Shown: positions 15,738-24,562, numbered from the stretch's first letter. The stretch is 32,000 bases of DNA from Alkalilimnicola ehrlichii MLHE-1 (GCF_000014785.1 NC_008340.1:2670001-2702000), one strand, 5' to 3'. The notes: generated by a model not told the origin, from the letters alone. Program-made: numbers and translations.

Positions 15738-17049
15738 GACCGGATTCACCGCCTACCGGGAACTGGAGCGACGCCTGCAGCGGTGTCACGGGGCGCATTA
15801 TGCGCACTACCCCCACGCCATGATGACCCTAGACCGGGAGTTGCGGAACGTGCTGGTCCAACGCCCCTGGCTGGCCGAGCGCAACCTGGCCCGCTATGCC
15901 CGGCAAGCCCTGGTCCGGGCACTCTATGGCCGGGTGCAGGACCACGCCCTGGCCCGGCACCCGCCCGGACAGGGGCGCCCCACCTGGCTGGTGGAGTTGC
16001 GCAAGTTCCCCGCCCTGCGCCGCGCCCTCGACCGGTCGCGGGATGCCGGGGTGCACTGGGTGCCGATGGGCGAACGGCCACGCTCACCCTGGGCGCTGCT
16101 GCGACCCGAGGCGGTCAGCGTGGATGCCATGATCAGCGGCTATCCCATGAAGCGCTGCTTCGCCCGGCTGCGCCGCCGGGGCGTGACGCCGCTGCTGGAG
16201 GACCCGGCCTTCATGGCCCGGCTGGAGCACCTGGCCCGGGCGGGGCTGGAGAACGCCACCCGGCACCTGCGGGCCATGAACGTGACCGCCGTGATCACCA
16301 CCGGGGACGCCGGGCCCGCCCCGCGCCTGCTCTGTGCGGCGGCACGGCGGCTGGGCATCCCCTACCTGGTGGTCTGCCACGGCTACCTGCAGGACCCCAA
16401 CCTGGTCTCTGTCTGTCCGGTGCATGCGGATGCGCTGCTGGTCTGGTCTGCGGCACAGCAACGGCAGCTGCGGACGGTGTTGCCGCCGGATCAGGCGGAC
16501 CGGGTGCACTACTTCGGCAACCCCTGCGCGGACGGCCGCCGGGGCACCGGGACGGGTGATGCGGTACTGATCGCCCTGGAGCCGCAGGAGGCGATGGCCG
16601 CCGCCCCCCGGCAGGCGGAGCTGCTCTCCCGCCTGGTGACCCAACTGCAGGCAGCGGGCCGGCGGGTGGTGGTGCGCCCCCACCCCAAGAGCCGGGCGTG
16701 CGCGCAGACCCGGCGGCTGATCCAGGACTGGGGCTGCGAGGCCTCCCGGGGCACGCTGGAGCGGGACCTGGACGAAGCGGCTGCGGTGGTGGGCGCCAAC
16801 ACCAGTGTCTTGTTCGAGGCCGCCACCCGGGGGGTTCCCGCCTTCCAGGTGGCCGAACTGGCCCGGCTGACCATCGAGGGCGCCCGGCGCCGGCCGCTGG
16901 CCGAACTGCCGGCGGCCGTGGCGCAGCCGGCGGGCACGGGACCGGACACCGCGCCGCCGCCCGGGGCGGCCGCCTGCGCCCGGGGTCTGATCGAGCTGAT
17001 CCGACACCACGGGGCCCGCGCCCCCGGGGAGCGGGCGGCCCATGGCTGA
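15724..17049 (+). CDS. Hypothetical protein, possibly a GT-B sugar transferase (VVRPHPKS 'HP' motif)
   Basis: In-frame ATG at 15724 (or 15730) overlaps the upstream stop codon; the track start at 15625 lies inside the previous gene. The C-terminal half resembles capsule/sialyl-type transferases only loosely. Confidence 0.35.
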   Translation: MPMPETGFTAYRELERRLQRCHGAHYAHYPHAMMTLDRELRNVLVQRPWLAERNLARYARQALVRALYGRVQDHALARHPPGQGRPTWLVELRKFPALRRALDRSRDAGVHWVPMGERPRSPWALLRPEAVSVDAMISGYPMKRCFARLRRRGVTPLLEDPAFMARLEHLARAGLENATRHLRAMNVTAVITTGDAGPAPRLLCAAARRLGIPYLVVCHGYLQDPNLVSVCPVHADALLVWSAAQQRQLRTVLPPDQADRVHYFGNPCADGRRGTGTGDAVLIALEPQEAMAAAPRQAELLSRLVTQLQAAGRRVVVRPHPKSRACAQTRRLIQDWGCEASRGTLERDLDEAAAVVGANTSVLFEAATRGVPAFQVAELARLTIEGARRRPLAELPAAVAQPAGTGPDTAPPPGAAACARGLIELIRHHGARAPGERAAHG

Positions 17050-18079
17050 GCCCTGGCCGAACAGCGGGGGTTGGCTGATCCGGGCGGATGCCGCCCCGGC
17101 CATCGGCATCGGCCATGTCAACCGCGCCCTGGCCCTGGCCCGGGCGCTGGCCCCCCGGCCGGTTCTGATCGCCACCCGCCGCGATGGGGACTACCGCCTG
17201 GGCTACCAGTGGCTGGCGGAGTCAGGCCGGCCCCTGTGCCCACTGGACGGCGAGGCGGACTTCCTCGACCTGCTGCGACGTTGCCGGCCCGAGACCCTGT
17301 GCCTGGATATCCTCGACACCGGGCGCCGGGAGATGGGGGTCTACCGTACCCTGGCACGGCGGGTGGTGAGTTTCGAGGACCTGGGGCCCGGGGCGGCATT
17401 GGCCGATGTGGTGATCAACGACCTCTACGGCCCCGCGCCGGGGCAGGCCCACGTGCTCGCCGGGGTGGAACACGCCCTGCTGTCACCGGCCTTTGACGAC
17501 GCCTCGCCCGCCCCCGGGGCCACCCCGGAACGGGCGGAACGGTTGCTGCTGCTGTTCGGGGGCACCGACCCCGCCGGTCTGGTCCACCGCTGCCTGGACG
17601 CCCTGGGCCGGCTGGCGCTTCCGGTTCGGGTGGAGGTGGTGGTGGGGCCGGGCTGGCGCCGGCGGCGGATCCGGTTGGCGGACTGGGGCCTGTGTGGCCG
17701 TGTCCACCGGGACGTGCAGGACATGCCGGCGGTGATGCGAAACGCCGACCTGGCGCTCTCCAGCGCCGGGCGCACGGTCACCGAGCTGATGGTGATGCGG
17801 GTGCCCACCCTGGTGCTCTGCCAGAATGAGCGCGAGTTGCGCCATACCCACGCCAGCGCCCGCCACGGGGTCTGCAACCTGGGCCTGGGCCGGGCGGTGC
17901 CGGTGGACCGGCTGGCGCGGGAGATCGCGGCGCTGGTCGCGGACCGGGCGCGGCGCGAGCAGATGCGGGCCCTGGCGGACCGCGCCGTTCGCGGGCGCAG
18001 CAACCGTGCCATTGTGGCGCGAATCGACGGCCTGCTGCAGGGCCGGTCACGACGGCTGGACACGGGAGTGACGCCATGA
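17042..18079 (+). CDS. PseG/SpsG-like UDP-sugar hydrolase / glycosyltransferase 28-like protein
   Basis: LIRADAAPAIGIGHVNRALALARAL N-terminal motif is typical of PseG/SpsG. 8-nt overlap with the upstream ORF. Confidence 0.65.
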   Translation: MAEPWPNSGGWLIRADAAPAIGIGHVNRALALARALAPRPVLIATRRDGDYRLGYQWLAESGRPLCPLDGEADFLDLLRRCRPETLCLDILDTGRREMGVYRTLARRVVSFEDLGPGAALADVVINDLYGPAPGQAHVLAGVEHALLSPAFDDASPAPGATPERAERLLLLFGGTDPAGLVHRCLDALGRLALPVRVEVVVGPGWRRRRIRLADWGLCGRVHRDVQDMPAVMRNADLALSSAGRTVTELMVMRVPTLVLCQNERELRHTHASARHGVCNLGLGRAVPVDRLAREIAALVADRARREQMRALADRAVRGRSNRAIVARIDGLLQGRSRRLDTGVTP

Positions 18080-19122
18080 CGGAGCTGCATATCGACGGCC
18101 GGGCCATCGGCCCGAACCACCCTCCTTACGTCATCGCCGAGGCAGGCGTTCATCACTACGACAGCCTGGAGCTGGCCCGGGCCTATGTGCTGGAGGCCCG
18201 CAAGGCGGGCGCCGACGCGATCAAGTTCCAGACCTATACGGCGGACGAGCTTGTGACCCGGTGGGCCCCGCTCTACTGGACCGACGCACGATTCGAGACC
18301 CAGCACCAGGTCTTCAGCACCAAGCGCGGCTTGAGCCCGACGGAGTACCGGTCGCTGTTCGACTACGCCCGCGAGCTGGGCATCACGCCATTGTCCACGC
18401 CCTTCGACCCCGCCTCGGTGGACCTGCTGGACGGCCTGGGGATGGCCGCCTTCAAGGTGGCCTCGGCGGACATCACCCACCGGCCGCTGCTCCAGGATAT
18501 CGCCGGCAAGGGCAAGCCGGTGCTGTTGTCCACCGGTGCGGCGTCGATGGCGGAGGTGCGTTCGGCGCTGGAGGTGCTGGAGTCCGAAGGGGTTCCGGTG
18601 GCCCTGCTGCACTGCTCGCTGGCCTACCCCACCCCGGTGGACCAGGCGAACCTGTCGCGGCTGGGGCTGCTCGCCGAACAGTTCCCCGGGCGGGTGCTGG
18701 GCTATTCCGACCACACGCCGCCCCGGGATTCGGCACTGCCCTGCCCGGCCAGCGTCCTGCTGGGCGCCCGGGTGATCGAAAAGCACTTCTCGCTGAACCG
18801 GCACCTGGCCGGGGACGATCACTACCACAGCGTGGACCCGGACGGTCTGGCGCGGCTGGTGCGCGACTGCCGGGATGCCTGGGCGATGAGCCGGCCAGCG
18901 GCAGAGATCACCGCCGCCGAGGAGAGCGCCCGCACCCAGGCCCGCCGCAGCGTGGTGGCCGCCACCGATCTGCCCGCGGGCACCACGCTCGCAGCCGGGC
19001 ACCTGGCCTACAAGCGGCCCGGCACGGGGGTGCCCCCGACGCAGGCGGAGGACCTGATCGGGCGACGGCTGGCCGTGGACCTGGCCCACGATGAGCTGAT
19101 CACGCCGGACAAGCTGGCCTGA
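18076..19122 (+). CDS. N-acetylneuraminate synthase family enzyme (NeuB/PseI/SpsE-like nonulosonic acid synthase)
   Basis: YVIAEAGVHH…GADAIKFQTY motif and a C-terminal SAF-like domain (RRSVVAATDLPAGTTL…KRPGTG). ATGA overlap with the upstream gene. Confidence 0.85.
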   Translation: MTELHIDGRAIGPNHPPYVIAEAGVHHYDSLELARAYVLEARKAGADAIKFQTYTADELVTRWAPLYWTDARFETQHQVFSTKRGLSPTEYRSLFDYARELGITPLSTPFDPASVDLLDGLGMAAFKVASADITHRPLLQDIAGKGKPVLLSTGAASMAEVRSALEVLESEGVPVALLHCSLAYPTPVDQANLSRLGLLAEQFPGRVLGYSDHTPPRDSALPCPASVLLGARVIEKHFSLNRHLAGDDHYHSVDPDGLARLVRDCRDAWAMSRPAAEITAAEESARTQARRSVVAATDLPAGTTLAAGHLAYKRPGTGVPPTQAEDLIGRRLAVDLAHDELITPDKLA

Positions 19123-19131
19123 CGAGCGCGC

Positions 19132-20253
19132 TCACCCGGCCAGTGCCTCTCGCAGGCGCGCCAGCGGCACCTGGATGTCGGCAGTCAGGCCGCCCCCGGC
19201 ACCCGTTGCCGGACAGAGGATGGCGCGGTAGTCCAGGCCGGACTGGGCGGCCAGGTCACGGAAGCAGGGGTTGCGGTGGCCCTCGGGGACCAGTTCCACC
19301 ACCCGGGTACCCGGGCGGCACCAGACGAGGTTGGTGAGCGCCGCACCGTGGGGCGCCACGATGACCTCGGCGTCGGCGAACAAGGCCTGCTGGCGGGGCA
19401 CGCTCAGGCCGCTGCACTGGTGACTCTCGAAACCCGACTCATCCACCAGCAGCCGCTCCACCGCCGCCTCGTTGGCCGCCTGCCGGCGAGGGGCATCGCG
19501 CCGCGACAGGTAGATGCGACGGCCCGGGGTGGTGACGGCCGGCGGCCGCCACCCGGTCAGCTCCCGCAGCGCCCTCGCCAGCCAGACCGGCGACACCCAA
19601 CTCCCCCTGCTCCGCACCGGTACAAGCGCCTGCTCCGCGGTCAGCGCGGGGTGGTCGGCAAAGGCCACCACCCGCTCCTGGTCAATGCCGCACAGGGCCA
19701 GGGACTGTTGTTGCCAGGGGTAGCCGCCATAGGCCATCAGGAAGCTGTCGACCCGGCCCAGGTCCACGCCGGACTCGCGCAGAAACCAGAGGTCGGCGAG
19801 GGTGTCCGCCCACCAGTGGTAGTAGTTGTTGCAGCCGGGATCGTGGTTGCCGAGGACGGCGACGGTGCCCAGCCGGACAGCCGGGCGGGCGGCGCGGCCC
19901 AGCCGGGCACTGTAGCGCCAACCGCCGCGCAGCAGATGGCGCAGGGCCGGGGCAGACTTCGGATAGCGCACGGGCCGCCCGCCGCTGGTGAGGATGACGG
20001 CGCGGCGCCGCAGCGGGTCATGCGCCAGTTGCGGGGCCGGACTCGGCAGCAGGATCAACGGCCGGCGCACCCGCCCCACCCCAACCGGCGCGATGGGGGG
20101 CGTCTGCCGCCAGTTTACGGCCTGGTCCACGGCCCCGTCGCCGGCCTGCTCGATGGCGTGCAACGGCACCGGGCTGGGCTGCCAGGCGCAGGCCGGGTGG
20201 CTATTGAAATCGGTGCCCAGGAGCCGATCCACGGCCCTGACCCAGGGCGACAT
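19132..20253 (-). CDS. DUF563 / GT61-like glycosyltransferase
   Basis: NYYHWWADTLADLWFL and EVIVAPHGAALTNLVW motifs. I prefer ATG 20253, 1 nt after the upstream stop codon, over the track start at 20340. Confidence 0.65.
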   Translation of the reverse strand: MSPWVRAVDRLLGTDFNSHPACAWQPSPVPLHAIEQAGDGAVDQAVNWRQTPPIAPVGVGRVRRPLILLPSPAPQLAHDPLRRRAVILTSGGRPVRYPKSAPALRHLLRGGWRYSARLGRAARPAVRLGTVAVLGNHDPGCNNYYHWWADTLADLWFLRESGVDLGRVDSFLMAYGGYPWQQQSLALCGIDQERVVAFADHPALTAEQALVPVRSRGSWVSPVWLARALRELTGWRPPAVTTPGRRIYLSRRDAPRRQAANEAAVERLLVDESGFESHQCSGLSVPRQQALFADAEVIVAPHGAALTNLVWCRPGTRVVELVPEGHRNPCFRDLAAQSGLDYRAILCPATGAGGGLTADIQVPLARLREALAG

Positions 20254-20254
20254 C

Positions 20255-21061
20255 TCAGCCCTCCTCAGGGGCCCGGAAGGGCAGGCCGGCGAACTGCTCG
20301 ATATCACTGAGCATGGCCCGGTGGCGCTTCTCAGCGACACCGCTGTAATCCTTGAGAATGGGAACGGTCGTACCGTCCCGCAGGACGAGCAGCGGCCGGA
20401 CCTGGCGTTGCCGCCCCTGCTTGCGATAGCGCACCTGCAGGGTGGTGTGATCGATTCGGGCCAGTGGCCAGTCCTGCTGACGCCGGCCCCAGATCCAGCG
20501 TCGCCCGAGGCTCAGCCGGTCCCGTACGCGATCGACCGCCAAACGGCGCTGTGGGGCGCCCCAGAGCAGGCCATACAAGGCGAAACCGCCAAGCAGCCCG
20601 GCCACGGCCAGAACATAGCGGTGATCCTGATAGCGCACGGTGAACGCGCCCCGGGGCGTGTCCAGGTGGGCGTTAATCGCCCGCTGGATCTGTTGCAATT
20701 CGCTGCGCCGGTTGAGCGCGCCGTGGTGCAGGGTCAGCGGGATGGGTTCCCCACTGTGCGGCTGCAGTTCCACCCGAACGCCCGGCGGCGCGGGCAATGC
20801 CCGCTCGCGGCGGGCTCGGCTCTCGCGCAGCACCGCCCCGGACAGGCTGTCGGCCCGTAGCGGGTGGCGGGAGAGCGGCGCCCCGATCGGGCTCTCCCTT
20901 ATCAGCATGCCCTCGTCGTCGACGAAGGACAGAATGCCGCCCGAGGGTACCGCCACCAGCAACGAAACGGCCCCGAGCAGCAGCAGACCGAAGAATATCA
21001 ACTTGCCGGTGAAGCCATTGTGGTACTCCAGCCGGCCACCCATTTCCCTTCTCTTCCGCAT
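20255..21061 (-). CDS. Membrane protein of unknown function (two predicted TM segments)
   Basis: Hydrophobic stretches LIFFGLLLLGAVSLLVAV and YVLAVAGLLGGFALYGLLW. ATG 21061 has GGGGAG 5 nt upstream. Confidence 0.5.
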   Translation of the reverse strand: MRKRREMGGRLEYHNGFTGKLIFFGLLLLGAVSLLVAVPSGGILSFVDDEGMLIRESPIGAPLSRHPLRADSLSGAVLRESRARRERALPAPPGVRVELQPHSGEPIPLTLHHGALNRRSELQQIQRAINAHLDTPRGAFTVRYQDHRYVLAVAGLLGGFALYGLLWGAPQRRLAVDRVRDRLSLGRRWIWGRRQQDWPLARIDHTTLQVRYRKQGRQRQVRPLLVLRDGTTVPILKDYSGVAEKRHRAMLSDIEQFAGLPFRAPEEG

Positions 21062-21085
21062 AGGCACTCCCCTGCCACTAAACGA

Positions 21086-21140
21086 ACGCACCCCGCCGCG
21101 ACGGGCCACACGCGGTGACCCGGATCACGGCGGGGTGCGT
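21086..21140 (-). terminator. 13-bp perfect GC-rich inverted repeat (ACGCACCCCGCCG / CGGCGGGGTGCGT, 29-nt loop); possible intercistronic attenuator or RNA-processing hairpin
   Basis: Read directly: arms at 21086-21098 and 21128-21140. On the minus strand it is followed by TCGTTTA. It lies between the lipoprotein stop codon (21163) and the next start (21061). Confidence 0.3.
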
Positions 21141-21162
21141 GATCGTAGTACAGCTTGGGCGA

Positions 21163-23766
21163 TCAGTTGCCGTCGTCAAGCACCCGGCAACGGATGTCGT
21201 AACGCCAGGCGGTACCGGACTGCGGGCCGATGACCGTGATCTTGAAGCTGTCCACGGCCCCCTTCATGAAGATGGCGTCGGCCTGGCCCCGACCCGGCCC
21301 GGCGATGCCCCCGGGATAGAGGGGATCACCCTCGTAGCGGGAGGCGCCCCGCCAGCCAGTGTCGTGCACCACGGCGCCGGCCGGGTACTCGACGATGTAC
21401 TTGTCCGGGATGGAGTAGGCGTCGAAACGCAGGTCGAAGACCGCCCCGGTGGGGATCTCGCTGATGTCCCAGTTGTCCACGGTGACGCCCTGGCCACCCT
21501 GGTCCGCGGCACGCCAGACGTTGCAGATGTCCAGCTCTTCGTCGCGCTCCTCCACCTCGCCGATGGTCACCACGGCACTGGAGTCCGCCAGTTGGCCATC
21601 CTCGCCGCTCAGCGTGGCCACAAGGCCGTAGGCCCCCTCCTGCCCGTAGGCGTGGGAGATGGTGGTGCTGGCGGTGTTATCCGCCCCCACGCTGACCTGG
21701 GTCGACCCGCTATTGCCGTCACCGAAGGCCCAGTCGAAGGTCACGGTGTCCACGTCGGGCGGGATGCGCACGGCATTCAGATTGAAGCTGTACTGCACCC
21801 CCACTTCGCCATCACTGAGGCCCGGCGGGTCGATGCGCAGGATCACATCGCTGGAGACCTCCACATTGGCCGGATTCTCCGCCGCATAGGGGAAGCCCAG
21901 GGCACCAAACAGGCCGTCATAGACACGGACATTCATGGCGTAGACCCCTGCCTCTTCCGTGGCGGGCACCCAGGTTTCAGTGGCATTGCCGTTGCCGTCG
22001 TTGCTGGCCTGGGCCACCACCTCGCGGGTCCACGGGGCATCGTTGGCCTGGTCGGTACGGAAGGCGACAAAGTCGGTATCCAGGCTGCCGATGCTTTGGC
22101 CGGCGCTCACCTGCAGGGAGAGGGGCTCTTCCACCTCGACCTTGGCCGGTGCCGCCTGAACCTGGGGATTGGGCGACTGCAGCAGCGAGCGATGGATATC
22201 CACCAGGTTCACGTTGGTGGAGACAAATCCGCTGATGTTTGCCGCCCCCGGCACCCCCATCCGATCAAGAATGCGCTCAAAGGCCTTGATGCTGTCCAGC
22301 AGGGGGCCGAAGCCGGCCTTGCCCTCAGCGAAGAACGACCACCGCGGGCCCCGATAGTCTTGCTCCTCCGAGTCGAAGGGGTACGTCATGCTCAGGTCTG
22401 AGCCGCCCCCGATCTCCAGGCCAACCAGGCCGGTGCTCGCCAGCTCCCAGCGCAACACCCGAACGTCCAGGTTCAGAGCGGCACCCATGTAGGGCCCCAC
22501 GCTGGCGGAAAACTCATTCTCGAGGCCGCCGCCAAGGTTGGCGAAATCGACACCATCGCCGAAGGTCTCGAACTCGTTGATACCCCGAAAGCCTTGGACG
22601 CCGGTATAGCCAATGCCCAACTCCATCGAAGCACCCTGGTCGAGTTCTATCCCGCTCAGGGAGAGCTCACCCGCCTGATAGCTGCCCGCCACCTTGAACC
22701 CTACTGAAGGCTCCAGGCTGGGGGTGAGCAATACCGGCCCAACCACCGGCACGGCGGCAAAGGGCACGGAACGAAGGCCCCGGCTGCAGTTCACGTCGGC
22801 GCTGCCGCCCCCGGAAAGCGTGACACCGCCCAGGCTGGCGTTAAGGTGGCCCTGCCCGTCCAGGTAGATGTCAAAGCGGTTCAGCGAGCGGTTGCTGATA
22901 TCCAGATCCACCCGCGGGACCAGCGCGTAATTGTGGTTGATGCTCAAACCGGTCACGCCGATATTCAGCACGCTGCCGCCGAGTTTGCACTCCAGGCCAC
23001 CCTGGATTTGTTGAACGGCCGCACCGCTGACCCGGTCTTCCGCGGCCGCGCCCGACACGCCGGCACCCTCCGGGCGCCCGTCGTCGTGCCCGTCTTCATC
23101 CAGCACCCCGCCATAGTTCAGGGGCGTGCCCTGAGCCTGGATGCTCAGATTCTCGAAGGCGTCGGTGAGCTCGGCCGGTTCGGTCTCAAGCACCACGCGA
23201 TTGCCGTGCACCGTGACCTCGGTGACCCGGTCCAGCAGACCGGCCCGGTCGCCACTGACCAGCACGTCACCGGGCGCCAGGCCCTCGGTCTGCTCATTGC
23301 GCTGCAGGACCACCCGGGCGGTCAGCTCGTCCTCGTCGGTGAGTCGGTCGTCCACCACCCACCCGGCATCGACGTAGAGCGCACCGGGGGCCAGGTCGGC
23401 GATAGCGGCCAGGGCCATCACCGGCTCCACGCCCTCGGCGGAGAGCTGGATATTGGCCGACCCGATGGTGTGCGTCAGTGCGGTGATCCGGCCGCTGGCG
23501 TCCACCCCGATCAGATCCGGGTTGGTGGATTCGTACTCGATGGTGGCGGTTCGATCGACGCGGCCGTTATCCAGTACGACGTAGGCCTCGATCTCCGCGC
23601 TGTCCCCGGCGCCGGAAAGGATGATGGATTGGTCGGAGACAATCTCGATGCGTTCCGGCTCGCCCCCCAGGCCCCCACCGAAATCCTCATCCTCGACACA
23701 CCCGGCCATTAATACTAGAACAAGTAAAATAATTAGCAGTTGGATGAATCTGCTTAATCGATACAC
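21163..23766 (-). CDS. Large secreted lipoprotein with a Big_2-like Ig domain and a PKD domain
   Basis: Signal peptide plus lipobox (LVLMAGC). Big_2-like segment (…AEIEAYVVLDNG…STNPDLIGVDASGRITAL…). PKD motif FDWAFGDGNSG…ISHAYGQEGAYGLVATL. GTG start with AAGGAGGA 4 nt upstream. Confidence 0.75.
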   Translation of the reverse strand: MYRLSRFIQLLIILLVLVLMAGCVEDEDFGGGLGGEPERIEIVSDQSIILSGAGDSAEIEAYVVLDNGRVDRTATIEYESTNPDLIGVDASGRITALTHTIGSANIQLSAEGVEPVMALAAIADLAPGALYVDAGWVVDDRLTDEDELTARVVLQRNEQTEGLAPGDVLVSGDRAGLLDRVTEVTVHGNRVVLETEPAELTDAFENLSIQAQGTPLNYGGVLDEDGHDDGRPEGAGVSGAAAEDRVSGAAVQQIQGGLECKLGGSVLNIGVTGLSINHNYALVPRVDLDISNRSLNRFDIYLDGQGHLNASLGGVTLSGGGSADVNCSRGLRSVPFAAVPVVGPVLLTPSLEPSVGFKVAGSYQAGELSLSGIELDQGASMELGIGYTGVQGFRGINEFETFGDGVDFANLGGGLENEFSASVGPYMGAALNLDVRVLRWELASTGLVGLEIGGGSDLSMTYPFDSEEQDYRGPRWSFFAEGKAGFGPLLDSIKAFERILDRMGVPGAANISGFVSTNVNLVDIHRSLLQSPNPQVQAAPAKVEVEEPLSLQVSAGQSIGSLDTDFVAFRTDQANDAPWTREVVAQASNDGNGNATETWVPATEEAGVYAMNVRVYDGLFGALGFPYAAENPANVEVSSDVILRIDPPGLSDGEVGVQYSFNLNAVRIPPDVDTVTFDWAFGDGNSGSTQVSVGADNTASTTISHAYGQEGAYGLVATLSGEDGQLADSSAVVTIGEVEERDEELDICNVWRAADQGGQGVTVDNWDISEIPTGAVFDLRFDAYSIPDKYIVEYPAGAVVHDTGWRGASRYEGDPLYPGGIAGPGRGQADAIFMKGAVDSFKITVIGPQSGTAWRYDIRCRVLDDGN

Positions 23767-24020
23767 AACGTCCTCCTTGAGCCCGGTCCCCCGGGCCTGT
23801 AACCATTATTCTTAAGGCTTCTTAAAGGTTTCCCTGATACCCGCCGAGCGGCGGACGGCCTGTTATACACCGCCTTGGGTTCCGCGGTAAATACCGAGAA
23901 AAGGCACCTGTAAAGGAAGCCGACATTCGCGAAGAAACGCCTATTGATCAAGAAGCATTAATTAAAAACACGCGAGAAAAATCTGTCTTTTCTCCATAGA
24001 GGCAAGGGCCGTCCCCTCCC

Positions 24021-24562
24021 GTGCTTGCGAGCCCCACGCCCCGCTACGCGGGCCCGACTCAACGAGGAACGGCGCTCCCCGTCATCGCGAGGGCCGAAGG
24101 CCACACCCCCGTCATCGCGAGGGCCGAAGGCCCGTGGCGATCCAAGCGGCGTATGGACTGCCGCGTCGCTGCGCTCCTCGCAGTGACGGGGGAGGCGCCC
24201 CCACCGTCATCGCGAGGGCCGAAGGCTTTCCCCGTCATCGCGAGGGCCGCGGGCCCGCGGCGATCCAAGCGGCGTATGGACTGCCGCGTCGCTGCGCTCC
24301 TCGCAGTGACGGGGGAGGCGCCCCACCGTCATCGCGAGGGCCGAAGGCTTTCCCCGTCATCGCGAGGGCCGCGGGCCCGCGGCGATCCAGGCGGCGGGTG
24401 GACTGCCGCGTCGCTGCGCTCCTCGCAGTGACGGGGGAGGTGCCCCCACCGTCATCGCGAGGGCCGAAGGTTTTCCCCGTCATCGCGAGGGCCGAAGGCC
24501 CGTGGCGATCCAGGGCGGTAGACTGCCGCGTCGGCTTCGCCTCCTCGCAGTGACGGTGGGGT
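24021..24562 (+). repeat. REP/BIME-like tandem array 1: four copies of a composite unit of about 122-123 bp
   Basis: GTCATCGCGAGGGCCGAAGG half-sites start at 24081/24111, 24206/24234, 24328/24356 and 24451/24479. Each long module pairs GTCATCGCGAGG with CCTCGCAGTGAC as an imperfect hairpin. Degenerate GCAATGAC remnants continue to about 24642. Confidence 0.9.

Noticed and set aside
17425-19089. 554-aa minus-strand ORF opposite the PseG-like and NeuB-like genes
   Set aside because: It spans two well-supported plus-strand genes, including their ATGA junction, and has an Arg/Gly/Pro-rich composition. It is an artefact.
19114-19143. Palindrome GAGCGCGCTC flanked by CTGGCC/GGCCAG between the convergent NeuB-like and GT61-like genes, considered as a bidirectional terminator
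   Set aside because: The stem is short and interrupted by 4x4 internal loops. There is no U-tract on either strand, and most of the element is made of the two stop codons and coding ends. The evidence is too weak to call.
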